A stretch of DNA of 64,000 nt from Patescibacteria group bacterium (GTDB taxonomy: Bacteria; Patescibacteriota; Minisyncoccia; Phycocordibacterales; CAIZLB01), in the NCBI GenBank assembly GCA_040384445.1, contig JAZKJG010000002.1:90087-154086 (forward strand). The letters are read 5' to 3'. This document shows positions 27,043 to 37,998 of the stretch, piece by piece (the first letter of the stretch is position 1; every line of letters starts with the position of its first letter). The notes beneath the pieces are model-generated. The model was not told where the DNA came from and did no database searches. It was given only the letters and a program-made list of their open reading frames with translations. A program made the position numbers and the translations under genes.

Positions 27043-29646
27043 TTACTTCACCTTCATAAACATCCACTTCGTAAACTCAATCACTCCAAGGTTGAAGATA
27101 TTCCACACAATAATAACCCACACAAACCCAAGTGGAATGTACGTCATATCAAACACTCGATGTGCAAATGGAACAGTTACTGTAAGTGTGATGAGCGAGA
27201 GAGCAATACTATTCGCAATATTTAATCGTACATTTGAAAATGGATTATAATGAATGATCAGTTTATCTAGATTTCTAAATGAGTACGAAATAGTAAGAAT
27301 GTATGTAGAGAAACACACAAAGAATATAGATCGTGCCACAGTTACATCGGCAATACTTTTTGTGAGAGCATAGTATAAGAAGAATAGAAGCAGAGAAGAG
27401 AATACTCCAAGACCTATTGCCATAAACTTCACTTTGAATCCAAAAATATGTTTACCTTTTCTATTCTTGTGCACCGTATGGTTACTGTCATACGCAAAGG
27501 CAATTGCAGGAAGGGTTCCAGTAATAATATTTACCCAAATAATCTGCAGTGCATTAAGGGGCAATGCAAGACCAGTGATAAGTGCACCCGTAATCACAAA
27601 TACCTCATCTAGAGAACTCGACATTAAGTATACGAACACCTTTTGAATATTCGCCCGAATTTTATGACCCTCAGTAATCGTATCTGTAATTGTCTTAAAG
27701 TTGTTATCTAGCAGAATCATATCTGCTGCGCTTTTAGCCACATCACTTCCAGAAGCAAGGGAAATACCAATATCCATTGCTTTAAGTGCTGGTGAGTCAT
27801 TTACACCGTCCCCAGTCATTGCGACAACTTCACCGAGAGATCGATATAGATTTCCAATTCGAAGTTTATCTTCAGGAGTCACTCGCACGAAGATTTTAAT
27901 TTTAGGTAGTACAACAGTGAGCTCATCATCAGTAAATTTTCGAATCTGCTCACCACTTAGAATCTCTTCATCTGTCGCTTCAATTCCTACTTTATGTGCG
28001 ATATATTTTGCGGTCCCTGGAAGGTCACCTGTGATAATTTTTACATCAACTCCTTTAGCTTGAATCTCTTTGATACTATGCCCAATGTTTTCCCGAAGAG
28101 GATCAGAGAAGGTAAATAGACCTAGAAATTCTAATCCTTCAATTGAGTTATCTTCTACATGTATCTTTTTCTTTTTACCAATAGCAATAAGACGTTTTCC
28201 TTGTTCACTGAGTTTAATAAAGTTCTGTTCAATAACACTTTTCTTTTCATTAGATAAAGTTGAATTCTTCAAAAGAATTTCTGGCGCACCAAGAATAGTT
28301 AATTCATGCTCATCAGATGAGATAGAGAATTTGTTCGTCGAGTTAAATGGGGAAGTGAGCGTGTGCTTTTTTGAACTTGTACTTTCTATATTATGTTCAT
28401 GAATACTTTTTAAAATAATAATATCAAACGGACTTCCACTATACATCCAATTTTTTCTATCGTCAGTAACTTTCTCAACTGTTGCTTCAGAGTTATAAAA
28501 TGCAATTGAAAGCAACTCTTTATGAGTAGAAGATATTGAATTATTTTCTTGAAGATCTCCTGTGATGTCGCTTGTTGTAAAAATATTTCCCAGAGTTAAC
28601 TCTGCTTTAGTAAGTGTTCCAGTCTTGTCAGTTAAAATTAACGTTGTTGATCCAAGTGTTTCTGCTGCAGAAAGTTTTCTGATAAGTCCTCCTTTTTTTG
28701 AAATGTTTAGTACCCCAATTGCGAGAATTACAGTGAGAGTAATAGGTAACGCTTCAGGTACAGCACCAACAGCTACCGCAGAAGAAAGCACAAGCATAGA
28801 GGCGATATCATTTCCTCTATGTATTCCTAGGAAAAATATAAATATAACAATCGCGGATGCAATTAAAAAGATATACCAAGAGATTTGCTTCACTGCATTT
28901 TGAACTGGAGTAAGAGCTTTCTGTGTTTCAGAAACTGAAGATGCGATTTTTCCAATCTCAGTATTATTTCCTGTATTTACAACAACTGCTGTTGCATTTC
29001 CATTTACTACATACGTTCCACAAAAGAGAGAGTTCTTTCGTTCTGTAATCATGTCATTTTCTATAACTCCTTCAGCTTTCTCAACTGGCATAGATTCACC
29101 TGTGAGAATCGCTTCATCAACAGTGAGGTTAATTGATTCTAAAATTCGTACATCTGCTGGAACTCTGCTTCCGTATGAAATATGAATAATATCTCCTGGT
29201 ACTAAATCAATAGCCTCGATCTCAATAATATTTCCATCCCTAAGAACCTTGGCTTTGTTCTTAATATAGTTCTTAAGTTTATCAATAGTATTTTCTGCTT
29301 TAAACTCTTGATATGAGGCGAAGCCGATATTTATAAGTACAGCTCCGAAGATTACAATTGTTTCAACTACTTCTTGTAGATACCATGTTAAGACTCCTGC
29401 AAAGATAAGAATACAGATCAGAGGATTAAAGATCTGAGACATGATGATTCGGAAAGGGGTGTGGGTGTTCTTTGCTTCGAAGGTGTTTGGTCCGTAGATT
29501 GAGAGACGTTTTTTTGCTTCGTCTCCAGTTAGGCCATCGGGAGTAGTTTCCAAAACTTCAGTGAGGGTATTTTCTGGAACTGACCAGTAGATAGTGTTTC
29601 GGTGTTCTTTTGATGAGGTACGCATGTGTTTGATTATACCTGTCAT
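27043..29646 (-). CDS. P-type cation-transporting ATPase (Ca2+/Mg2+ P2-type)
   Basis: TGES actuator motif, DKTGTLT phosphorylation site, TGDGVNDSPALK hinge. ~10 TM segments over 867 aa. Confidence 0.85.
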   Translation of the reverse strand: MTGIIKHMRTSSKEHRNTIYWSVPENTLTEVLETTPDGLTGDEAKKRLSIYGPNTFEAKNTHTPFRIIMSQIFNPLICILIFAGVLTWYLQEVVETIVIFGAVLINIGFASYQEFKAENTIDKLKNYIKNKAKVLRDGNIIEIEAIDLVPGDIIHISYGSRVPADVRILESINLTVDEAILTGESMPVEKAEGVIENDMITERKNSLFCGTYVVNGNATAVVVNTGNNTEIGKIASSVSETQKALTPVQNAVKQISWYIFLIASAIVIFIFFLGIHRGNDIASMLVLSSAVAVGAVPEALPITLTVILAIGVLNISKKGGLIRKLSAAETLGSTTLILTDKTGTLTKAELTLGNIFTTSDITGDLQENNSISSTHKELLSIAFYNSEATVEKVTDDRKNWMYSGSPFDIIILKSIHEHNIESTSSKKHTLTSPFNSTNKFSISSDEHELTILGAPEILLKNSTLSNEKKSVIEQNFIKLSEQGKRLIAIGKKKKIHVEDNSIEGLEFLGLFTFSDPLRENIGHSIKEIQAKGVDVKIITGDLPGTAKYIAHKVGIEATDEEILSGEQIRKFTDDELTVVLPKIKIFVRVTPEDKLRIGNLYRSLGEVVAMTGDGVNDSPALKAMDIGISLASGSDVAKSAADMILLDNNFKTITDTITEGHKIRANIQKVFVYLMSSSLDEVFVITGALITGLALPLNALQIIWVNIITGTLPAIAFAYDSNHTVHKNRKGKHIFGFKVKFMAIGLGVFSSLLLFFLYYALTKSIADVTVARSIFFVCFSTYILTISYSFRNLDKLIIHYNPFSNVRLNIANSIALSLITLTVTVPFAHRVFDMTYIPLGFVWVIIVWNIFNLGVIEFTKWMFMKVK

Positions 29647-29715
29647 GGTGGGTGGGGTAAATGAAAAACCCCTGGACTACACTTTATGGTGCGGTCCAGG
29701 GAAATTGAATGTGGG

Positions 29716-30213
29716 TCAGGCTAGTTTCCAAAATGGATTGTTAATCATTTTGGGATACGCACTTTGAATGAGTAATATACATATAAGTAACATTACAATA
29801 AATACAGAAGTATCTATCCAATCACCTATAACATAGTCAATCTTAGTCTTTTGAGGATTGGTAAGCATTGCTGTAAACTCAAACCCAAGGGCGAAAATAG
29901 CTGAGATGAATGCTCCTTTGAGTGCTAAGCTTTTAAAGCAAGTAACCCGATACTTCTTACCTCCTTTTTTGCTAAAAAGACCAATACCCGAAAGAAGGGT
30001 CCAAAAGGGTATAAACCCTATGTCAGCTAGATGCCATCGAAGCCAACTTGGGAAAAAGAAGTGAAATTGGATAAATTTGCCAAATGGATAGAGTACTCCG
30101 AGGAAAAGAAGAGTCAAAATTTCTTTCTCAATAGGTTTAGTGAGTGCTTTGCAGAAGATCATAAAGTAGAACGCTGAAGCAATGAACATGAGGAATGAAT
30201 GTATTTGGTCCAT
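29716..30213 (-). CDS. Hypothetical membrane protein
   Basis: Four or five TM helices. Confidence 0.45.
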   Translation of the reverse strand: MDQIHSFLMFIASAFYFMIFCKALTKPIEKEILTLLFLGVLYPFGKFIQFHFFFPSWLRWHLADIGFIPFWTLLSGIGLFSKKGGKKYRVTCFKSLALKGAFISAIFALGFEFTAMLTNPQKTKIDYVIGDWIDTSVFIVMLLICILLIQSAYPKMINNPFWKLA

Positions 30214-30467
30214 ATAAAAGTGTTAGAAGGGTGAAAGTTACATGAAAATTAGCCTTTCTTTAAAATACATCATATAAATGATAATGTCAATGAATAATTA
30301 AAGACAAGTTCAACTAATTCCCCCTAGAAATCCTCCTAAATCTATGCTACACTCCACAGATAACGTTTGATTTTGGCATTCAACTGTCGCGGTCCTACAT
30401 TTACCCAGGCGTTATGCCTGGACAAGTAAAATTAATAAAAAATAAAAAACACAATAAAAAGAATTTT

Positions 30468-32612
30468 ATGCAACGAGACTATCCATTAGACAGAACACGT
30501 AACTTCGGAATCATCGCCCACATCGACGCGGGAAAGACAACTACATCAGAACGTATCTTGTATTACACAGGTATGTCACACAAAATTGGTGAGGTACACG
30601 ACGGAGAAGCTGTAACTGACTGGATGGAACAGGAAAAAGAGCGAGGTATTACTATTACTGCCGCAGCGATTACTTGTTTCTGGAACCCAACATACATGGG
30701 AACTGATAAATCAATGATGCACCGATTTAACATCATCGATACACCAGGTCACGTGGACTTTACAGTGGAAGTGGAACGATCTCTAAAAGTTCTTGATGGT
30801 GCTGTTACTGTGTTTGATGGAGTAGCCGGAGTAGAGCCACAGTCAGAAACTGTATGGCGACAAGCTGACAAGTACCAGGTTCCAAGAATCTGTTTTATTA
30901 ACAAGCTTGACCGAACAGGAGGATCATTTGAACGATCATATGCTTCTATTCTTAACCGACTTACAAAACAAGCGGTTCGAATGCAAATCCCTATGGGAGA
31001 AGAAGAGAAGATGGCAGGAGTTATCGACCTTTTGAAAATGAAGGCGTATACATTTGAAGGAGAGATGGGAAATAAAATCATCGAGTCAGAAATTCCTGCT
31101 GAATTTCTAGCAGATGCAACTAAATACCGAGCAGAGCTTGTTGAAAAAGCATGTGAGCAAGATGACGATATGATGAATGCGTATCTTGATGGAAAAGTTG
31201 ATTTTACACTTCCAGAACTTAAGGCTGCTATTCGAAAGGGAACATTGGCTAACAAGCTTTTCCCGGTGTTCACAGGAACAGCTTTGAAAAACAAAGGTGT
31301 ACAACTTATTCTTGATGCAGTGGTTGAATATCTTCCATCGCCTCTTGATGTACCACCTATTAAAGGAGTTAATCCAGATACAGGAGAAGAAATGGTACGA
31401 ATTGCATCTGATACAGAGCCGTTTGCTGCGCTTGCATTTAAACTACAGCAAGACCCATTCGTAGGACAGCTTACATTCTTCCGAGTGTATTCAGGAACTA
31501 TTGAATCAGGTTCATATATTTACAACGCAACAACTGGAAATAAAGAGAGACTAGGACGAATTGTGCGTCTACAGGCAAACAAGCGAGAAGAAGTTAAGAA
31601 AGTATACGCTGGAGAAATTGCTGCAGCTGTAGGACTTAAGGAGGCTCTTACATCGCATACATTCTGTGATGAAGCTAATCCAATTATCCTTGAAGTTATT
31701 AAATTTGCTGAGCCTGTGGTTTCACTTTCAATTGAACCAAAGACAAAAGCGGATCAAGAGAAAATGGGTATCGCTCTTAAAAAACTTGGAGATGAAGATC
31801 CAACATTCCGAATTACTTCAAACCCAGAAACTGGACAGACTCTTATTGCAGGTATGGGAGAACTACACCTTGAGATTATGATTGACCGAATGAAGCGAGA
31901 GTTTAACGTTGAAGCAAACGTTGGACAGCCTCAAGTAGCATACCGAGAAACTATCACAGCAGAAGCTGAAGCAGAGCATAAGTATGCTAAGCAGTCTGGA
32001 GGTAAAGGACAATACGGACACGTTCGAATTACACTTAAACCTCTTACTGATCCAGTAGAAGGAGCTAAAGTTCCTAAGAACGTTCACCGAGAACCTGGAT
32101 ACGAATTTATCGATTCTATTAAAGGAGGTGTTATTCCAGGAGAATTTATTCCAGCTGTACAGAAAGGAGTTAAAGAAGCTATGGATAGAGGTATTGTTGC
32201 AGGATTCCCGCTTACTGGAGTATCTTGTGAACTTACATTCGGTTCATACCACGATGTTGACTCATCAGAAATCGCCTACAAGATTGCTGCATCACAAGCA
32301 TTCCAAGAGGGAGCTAAACGAGCTCGACCAGTTATCATGGAACCTATTATGCGAGTAGAGGTTGTTGTTCCAGAGAAATTTATGGGAGACGTTACAGGAT
32401 CACTATCAGCTAAACGAGGACAGATCGAAGGAATGGAAGATCGAGGACTTAACAAGGCTATTAAAGCTCTTGTTCCACTATCAGAAATGTTTGGATACAC
32501 AACACAACTCCGATCTATGACAGAAGGACGAGGATCTAACACTATGGAGTTTGCTCGATACGAAGCAGTACCACCAAACGTAGAGAAAACTATAGTTGAC
32601 TCACGGAAATAA
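30468..32612 (+). CDS. fusA: Elongation factor G
   Basis: G1 [10 protein letters not shown]3 DTPGHVDF, G4 NKLD; domains II-V. Start set at the Met preceding the [15 protein letters not shown]-domain motif. Confidence 0.9.
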   Translation: MQRDYPLDRTRNFGIIAHIDAGKTTTSERILYYTGMSHKIGEVHDGEAVTDWMEQEKERGITITAAAITCFWNPTYMGTDKSMMHRFNIIDTPGHVDFTVEVERSLKVLDGAVTVFDGVAGVEPQSETVWRQADKYQVPRICFINKLDRTGGSFERSYASILNRLTKQAVRMQIPMGEEEKMAGVIDLLKMKAYTFEGEMGNKIIESEIPAEFLADATKYRAELVEKACEQDDDMMNAYLDGKVDFTLPELKAAIRKGTLANKLFPVFTGTALKNKGVQLILDAVVEYLPSPLDVPPIKGVNPDTGEEMVRIASDTEPFAALAFKLQQDPFVGQLTFFRVYSGTIESGSYIYNATTGNKERLGRIVRLQANKREEVKKVYAGEIAAAVGLKEALTSHTFCDEANPIILEVIKFAEPVVSLSIEPKTKADQEKMGIALKKLGDEDPTFRITSNPETGQTLIAGMGELHLEIMIDRMKREFNVEANVGQPQVAYRETITAEAEAEHKYAKQSGGKGQYGHVRITLKPLTDPVEGAKVPKNVHREPGYEFIDSIKGGVIPGEFIPAVQKGVKEAMDRGIVAGFPLTGVSCELTFGSYHDVDSSEIAYKIAASQAFQEGAKRARPVIMEPIMRVEVVVPEKFMGDVTGSLSAKRGQIEGMEDRGLNKAIKALVPLSEMFGYTTQLRSMTEGRGSNTMEFARYEAVPPNVEKTIVDSRK

Positions 32613-32634
32613 TTAATATATAGTACACACACAT

Positions 32635-32904
32635 ATGCCAATCACAAAATCAGCTAAAAAGGCTTTACGAGCCGGAGAAAAGAAAAAAGTTTTCAACCTA
32701 CGACGAAAGAAGAGTGTTGAGGATACAGTTAAAGCCGTAAAGAAACTTGTTAAAGAAGGGAAGACAAAAGAAGCAAATGCTCTTCTTCCAAAAGCTTTCC
32801 AAGCTCTTGATAAAGCAGCTAAGGGAAACACTATCAAAGATGGTGCCGCAGCTCGAAAGAAAAGTAGATTGAATAAGCTTGTTAAAAAGGCTGTTTCAAA
32901 ATAA
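32635..32904 (+). CDS. rpsT: 30S ribosomal protein S20
   Basis: MPITKSAKK..., ...DKAAKGN...AARKKSRL.KLV pattern of bS20. Confidence 0.8.
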   Translation: MPITKSAKKALRAGEKKKVFNLRRKKSVEDTVKAVKKLVKEGKTKEANALLPKAFQALDKAAKGNTIKDGAAARKKSRLNKLVKKAVSK

Positions 32905-32914
32905 AGAAATACAA

Positions 32915-32955
32915 AATAAAAAAACTGTTACCGTAAACTGAGTAACAGTTTTTTT
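32915..32955 (+). terminator. Rho-independent terminator
   Basis: CTGTTAC...GTAACAG hairpin followed by T7. Confidence 0.7.
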
Positions 32956-33066
32956 ATTTTGTATCTCATCAAGTATCTTGCTCTAGAGTTTGGTGATAAG
33001 TGCGGGGGTGTAATAAAAAATGAACCCCTTTATTTATAACTCGTGGGGTTCGAACGAGTGTGTTAG

Positions 33067-33603
33067 TTAGCTTATCCGACCAACTGTTCCATCAGGATGA
33101 AGTGGGTTGCCGCAATCATTGAGATCGATCACGGTTCCAACTGCCGATTCAAGACCGGCAAGCCATGTGACTGCCTGGTCATGTGCGGCGTCTTCCTGAT
33201 TCCTTCTTTTGACTTCTGTGAAGCGTTGGAAATTTCTGACAATAGGGAGGATGAGGCGACGTGCCTTTTCATAATCCGCCAACTTATTGTAGTTTCCAAT
33301 CGTGGACTCGATGTATGAGACATCACAGTCGGGGAACTTAATCCCCCAGACGGCATTCAACGCATGGTAGGCTCCCTCATATTCAGCGGTTGTATCTGCT
33401 GGAATAATGTAGTGGTCCCCTGCATCCCTCCACGAATGGAAGAATGTACTTCCTTTGTTTGAGGACAAGCACAGCATTTTGACTCCGTGCTTTTCGCAAA
33501 TGCCTACGGAATCACCAAGGATGTCGTGACATGTATCACCTTCAGCGTGTGGAAGATTGGTTGGAATTGTGAAAGAATCTAGATAATTAAGTTTAGCTTT
33601 CAT
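33067..33603 (-). CDS. Hypothetical protein (higher GC than surroundings)
   Basis: 178-aa ORF with several His/Cys/Asp residues. No confident family. Confidence 0.45.
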   Translation of the reverse strand: MKAKLNYLDSFTIPTNLPHAEGDTCHDILGDSVGICEKHGVKMLCLSSNKGSTFFHSWRDAGDHYIIPADTTAEYEGAYHALNAVWGIKFPDCDVSYIESTIGNYNKLADYEKARRLILPIVRNFQRFTEVKRRNQEDAAHDQAVTWLAGLESAVGTVIDLNDCGNPLHPDGTVGRIS

Positions 33604-33662
33604 GTTAATTTAAGTTTAAAGGTTTGAAACAAATCTGCCTTTCGGCTGTGAAATGTCCGTTT

Positions 33663-33710
33663 CGAACATAGCTCGATGTATACCTTTTGATATATATGGA
33701 GCTATGTTCG
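33663..33710. promoter_or_regulatory. Perfect 12-bp inverted repeat CGAACATAGCTC-N24-GAGCTATGTTCG upstream of the 33067-33603 gene
   Basis: Seen directly. AT-rich 24-nt spacer containing TATATAT. Located in a promoter region. Confidence 0.4.
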
Positions 33711-33777
33711 AGATAATCTGTAAACTAATCAACTGTTTATATTATACCACAAATAGAGTCCGTGTCAAGACTACCAA

Positions 33778-34305
33778 TTAAAACCCTTGCTTAGTATCAT
33801 GTTCCTTACTTTTTGCAGCATCCATAATAGCATCTTTAATATCAAGAGGATTTGGAACTTTATCAAACATAAATCGTTGTGCAGTGGCCCCAGTTTGAAT
33901 TTCAATATTTCCAAAGTTAAGATATGACTCGATAAGACCTTTTGTATTTACTGAAATATCCTGAATAGATTCAAGGTGTAGCTCTGAAATTTTTCTATTA
34001 AACAATCCAATCTGTACGATATCAAGGATTCGTTCATTAGTTACAATCCATGTATCAAGTGAGTGAAGAGTGAGTCGATATGCAAGAATAAACCAAAGTA
34101 TCATTATGTAAATAAGCCAACAAAACATAAACAAGATTTCATGTCCGATGATAATAGGAGCAAGTAGTACGATGAGAATAATAGGAAGAAACGAAGCAAA
34201 CAGTGTACCCATTACGATTCCAAAAAGTACAAACCAGTGTCTTCTTGTGAACACTAACAGAGTTTCGTTATCATTTTTTCCTTCAAATGTGATGTCTTCG
34301 AGCAT
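33778..34305 (-). CDS. Bacterial PH-domain (bPH_2/YdbS-like) membrane protein
   Basis: Two TM helices followed by a PH-like domain with ...IEIQTGATAQ... pattern. Confidence 0.55.
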   Translation of the reverse strand: MLEDITFEGKNDNETLLVFTRRHWFVLFGIVMGTLFASFLPIILIVLLAPIIIGHEILFMFCWLIYIMILWFILAYRLTLHSLDTWIVTNERILDIVQIGLFNRKISELHLESIQDISVNTKGLIESYLNFGNIEIQTGATAQRFMFDKVPNPLDIKDAIMDAAKSKEHDTKQGF

Positions 34306-34306
34306 A

Positions 34307-34501
34307 TTATAGTTTTAAATAAACTAGAGAAGTAATAATAGTAAGCATAATCGAGCCTGCTAAAACGATATACAAGATACGTTTCGTATGTCTCCCTAAT
34401 CCAAATCTGTGTAGGTGATATAGAAGTATTGCTATAGCAGTCCAGTATCCGAGTAAGAATAAGCCATAGGCCAAACCGATATAGGGTATAATTGTGTCCA
34501 T
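34307..34501 (-). CDS. Small two-TM membrane protein
   Basis: 64-aa ORF, two hydrophobic helices, tightly coupled to the upstream gene. Confidence 0.4.
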   Translation of the reverse strand: MDTIIPYIGLAYGLFLLGYWTAIAILLYHLHRFGLGRHTKRILYIVLAGSIMLTIITSLVYLKL

Positions 34502-34525
34502 CTAGTAAGTATATCCTGCCGTGCT

Positions 34526-35020
34526 ATGATAATCCATATGCCAATGCTGTATATTTTGTCAGGACTACCATTTGCCGGAAAGTCTTCATTTGCAAAGAAA
34601 GCTGAAGAATGTACAACACTAAAGAGAGTGAGTTTTGATGAATTATGGACTTCGCTTGTAACTGTGGATCCAGGGATTACATATGAGCTTGCAAATGCAG
34701 AGATAGAAAAACTGTTACAACACAACCTAGAACAGGGTATTTCTACTATATACGACAGTACAAATTTGAAAGAGAATCATCGAGATGCACTTATTTCCAT
34801 TGCCCATAACACAGGAAGTGAGTATAAGATTGTCTATTTCTATATATCAGTTGAGGAAATGAAACGCCGACAAGCTGAGAGTTTGATTCATAAAACTCAT
34901 CCAATAGTATGTGAAGAAAATATTAGAGCGGCGTTAGAACACAACTGTGTCCCTGACGGATGTATTGTAATTGAAACTGAGGCAGATAAAGGAAGGTTGT
35001 TACGAGAAATGCAAAACTAA
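34526..35020 (+). CDS. P-loop kinase (AAA_33 / zeta-toxin-like nucleotide kinase fold)
   Basis: Walker A GLPFAGKSS. DxT/N Walker-B-like region. ~160 aa. Confidence 0.55.
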   Translation: MIIHMPMLYILSGLPFAGKSSFAKKAEECTTLKRVSFDELWTSLVTVDPGITYELANAEIEKLLQHNLEQGISTIYDSTNLKENHRDALISIAHNTGSEYKIVYFYISVEEMKRRQAESLIHKTHPIVCEENIRAALEHNCVPDGCIVIETEADKGRLLREMQN

Positions 35021-35499
35021 AATCCAAAATACTCTAGAATCTTTTGAAAGAATGATTCAGTAAGGTGTCTCTCGGGTAGAATCTGTACTAGCTCTGAGTG
35101 TAAATCATGTAAATCTTGCTGGTTAGTCTCGATAGGGAGAGGTAGACTGATAACTGGTGAAGTAATCATTTCAGTCTCAAAGAGTATTCTTGAAGGTATA
35201 TGATATTCTTTATTGTCTTCAATCCAGAATGCTTTTAGATTTGAAAATGACCAACTTTCCTGATCAATTCGAATACCTGTTGTGTTAATCTCAAATCGTA
35301 ATCGTTTTGGTCTTTCTAGGGCATGCATAAGTAACGCTCCAGTTCCGACAAGAACAAGGACACCAAATGTAATGTTTGCAAACATAAAAGAAATAAGTGC
35401 CACAGTTACTGAAACGATTCCTACAGACCATTTCCAATCAGAATTTTTTTCGTAGTGCATATAATGATACTCTTCCCATATGATTGGCAATTTACTCAT
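35017..35499 (-). CDS. Hypothetical membrane protein
   Basis: Two TM helices followed by a soluble domain. Confidence 0.45.
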   Translation of the reverse strand: MSKLPIIWEEYHYMHYEKNSDWKWSVGIVSVTVALISFMFANITFGVLVLVGTGALLMHALERPKRLRFEINTTGIRIDQESWSFSNLKAFWIEDNKEYHIPSRILFETEMITSPVISLPLPIETNQQDLHDLHSELVQILPERHLTESFFQKILEYFGF

Positions 35500-36704
35500 G
35501 GTATGATTATACTACAATAATGTTTGCTCGTATATTTTTTTTACTCATTTGTATCTCTGTAACTCATTCTGCTCATGCAGAATGGTATGTAAGTCCACTA
35601 CCTGCACCGGTAATTGGGGAGAGTGTATACATTGCAAATAGTGAAAACGAGGAAATTCCGCATATTATTTTAAAACAAAAGTTAGCTACAACATCTCAAG
35701 CAGTGAACTATCCTGCGCTGCGAGTGGTTGAATCAGTTGGAACAATCAACAAAACACTCGTACTCGACACATCAAAAGAAGGTCAGACCTACACTGGGAT
35801 ATATCTTACAGTGCAACCAGATTTTAAAAACTTTAGAAAAATTGCACGAGTATTTATTTCTGATTCATTACTAGGTGCAAGTAGTCCTACGTGGAGAGAA
35901 ATGGAAAAAAGAACCATAATATATCGATATACAGATGTGGACGGATTTCAATTGCAAAATTTAAAAATTACATTTCCAGATATATCTTCTCGATACATTA
36001 AGATTCAACTTGACGAAGATACTCCTATAGAAACCCCTATAAGTATTAAAGAGGTAAACATAGAATATGATGTGGAGGAAGATACATTGGAAAAAACAAT
36101 AAAACAATATCTTGCTGGTAATTTTGATACACCAGGTTTAGCGGCAACAAGAGAGATTCCAATTGAGCAGGGGGTGTTTACGAACTCAGGAGATATTACG
36201 CATATTACAGTACATGTAGATGATAAACTTTTGGCATTTAGAGAATCAGTGCAGATCGAAACATCTGAAGATGGAACAATCTGGAACCAGTTGCATAAAG
36301 GAGAAGTGTATCGAGTAAAGTCTTCTGTATTTGAAGGGCAACAGCTAACGCTTACAATTCCTCCGACATCGTCTCCATTTATACGTGTTGTGACAAATCT
36401 TCCTATTGAAGATACTGTGACTGTTCGATTACAGAAACAGGCTCTACTCTTTAAACTAGACGGTTCATCGCCAGAAGGGATTCAGGTTCATGTAGATAGA
36501 GCAGGAACTGCTACATCGTCATACATTTTACAGAAAGAACTGACTAATCTTGGGTTAGTGGTACCAAAAATGGTTACATTAGAATTAAGTGAAGATGCGG
36601 TCGCAAAAAGGCAGCTAAGTAACAGATATGTCATATATAGTGCTATTTTCCTAATTGCTGGTATACTGGGCTATCTACGGTACAGAAGAACCCGAAAGAT
36701 ATAA
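35484..36704 (+). CDS. Secreted hypothetical protein with a C-terminal membrane anchor
   Basis: N-terminal signal peptide. C-terminal TM followed by RYRRTRK. Confidence 0.5.
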   Translation: MAIYSWYDYTTIMFARIFFLLICISVTHSAHAEWYVSPLPAPVIGESVYIANSENEEIPHIILKQKLATTSQAVNYPALRVVESVGTINKTLVLDTSKEGQTYTGIYLTVQPDFKNFRKIARVFISDSLLGASSPTWREMEKRTIIYRYTDVDGFQLQNLKITFPDISSRYIKIQLDEDTPIETPISIKEVNIEYDVEEDTLEKTIKQYLAGNFDTPGLAATREIPIEQGVFTNSGDITHITVHVDDKLLAFRESVQIETSEDGTIWNQLHKGEVYRVKSSVFEGQQLTLTIPPTSSPFIRVVTNLPIEDTVTVRLQKQALLFKLDGSSPEGIQVHVDRAGTATSSYILQKELTNLGLVVPKMVTLELSEDAVAKRQLSNRYVIYSAIFLIAGILGYLRYRRTRKI

Positions 36705-36707
36705 ATT

Positions 36708-37958
36708 ATGGCTACACAAGACTTTATTATAATAGGAGGAGGTCCAGCAGGAATGATGGCTGCTATTTCTGCTGCAGAGGATGGGAAGAAAGTGCTTCTC
36801 TTGGAAAAGAATTCACATCTCGGAAAAAAGCTTTTGATCACAGGGGGAGGGAGATGTAATGTGACAAACTCAGAATTTGATATTCGGAAATTTTTGGCCC
36901 ACTATAAAGAAAGTGATAAGTTTTTGTTTTCTGCGTTTTCTCAATATAACGTTTCCCATACGTTAGATTTTTTTCATAAAAATGGAATGGACACGAAAGT
37001 TGAAAATGAAGGAAGAACATTTCCAATATCTGACAGTGCACGGACTGTATATAATGTTCTTGTAAAAGAAATGGAAAGATTAGGGGTTGAGATTTTAATG
37101 GAAGTTGAAGTGTTGGGATTTGATATTTCTGGTGAAGATACAAAACATATTGATGGAGTGAATGTTAAAGTGAAAGGGAAAGAACAAAAATTAACAGCTA
37201 AAAATTACATTCTTGCGACAGGTGGAACATCGCATCCTGAGACAGGTTCGACTGGAGATGCATATCCATGGCTTACACAAATGGGCCATACAGTTGTTAT
37301 ACCGAAACCTGTGCTTGTGCCTGTAACTATTAAGGAGAAATGGGTAAAGGAATTGCAAGGTGTTTCATTTTCAAATATTAAACTCACACTCTATGCAGAT
37401 GAGGAAAAAGTATTAACTAAAAAGGGCAGGGTGCTATGTACACACTTTGGTATAACTGGTCCGACTGTTTTGAATATGAGTAAAAAAATTTCTGATCTCA
37501 TAGAAATGAAAAAGAAAGTTATCGTGCTCCTAGATCTTCTCCCTGAATTTGATCATGGAACTTTGAATGAAAAGTTGCAGGATACATTTAGCAAAAATAA
37601 ATCTAAGAAAATTAAAAATACACTTGGGGAATTAATTCCAAATGCAATTGTTGAAACCGTTTTAACTTTGGGAGAGTTGAATATTGATACTGTGTGTTCT
37701 CAGATTACTCGAGATGGGAGAATGAAATTGATTCAAATACTGAAAGGTTTGCAGATGACGGTAACAGGTCTACTTGGGGAAGATAAGGCGATTATTGCAA
37801 GTGGAGGCGTGCCACTTAAGGAAATTGATTTTAAAAATTGTAGTTCTCGGGTTTGTGATAACGTGCGGGTGATTGGGGACTTGCTTGATATAGATAGACC
37901 GTCTGGTGGGTATAGTCTTCAGCTATGTTGGACGACAGGATATGTAGCAGGGAAATAG
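36708..37958 (+). CDS. HI0933-family FAD-dependent oxidoreductase (BaiN/YhiN-like)
   Basis: IIGGGPAGMMAA dinucleotide-binding motif. ITGGGRCNVTN signature of the HI0933 family. Confidence 0.8.
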   Translation: MATQDFIIIGGGPAGMMAAISAAEDGKKVLLLEKNSHLGKKLLITGGGRCNVTNSEFDIRKFLAHYKESDKFLFSAFSQYNVSHTLDFFHKNGMDTKVENEGRTFPISDSARTVYNVLVKEMERLGVEILMEVEVLGFDISGEDTKHIDGVNVKVKGKEQKLTAKNYILATGGTSHPETGSTGDAYPWLTQMGHTVVIPKPVLVPVTIKEKWVKELQGVSFSNIKLTLYADEEKVLTKKGRVLCTHFGITGPTVLNMSKKISDLIEMKKKVIVLLDLLPEFDHGTLNEKLQDTFSKNKSKKIKNTLGELIPNAIVETVLTLGELNIDTVCSQITRDGRMKLIQILKGLQMTVTGLLGEDKAIIASGGVPLKEIDFKNCSSRVCDNVRVIGDLLDIDRPSGGYSLQLCWTTGYVAGK

Positions 37959-37961
37959 ATG

Positions 37962-37990
37962 AAAGCCCCAGTGTGTACTGGGGCTTTTGA
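37962..37990 (+). terminator. Rho-independent terminator
   Basis: AGCCCCAGTGTGTACTGGGGCT hairpin followed by TTTT. Confidence 0.65.
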
Positions 37991-37998
37991 GTGGGGGG

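Noticed and set aside
27434-28903. Four plus-strand ORFs (70-120 aa) inside the P-type ATPase locus
   Set aside because: All are antisense to the 867-aa P-type ATPase CDS, which has unambiguous DKTGTLT and GDGVND motifs.
30414-30467. Longer fusA start ([18 protein letters not shown]...)
   Set aside because: The extension is Lys/Asn-rich low complexity overlapping a CCAGGC...GCCTGG hairpin. EF-G homology begins at the second Met.
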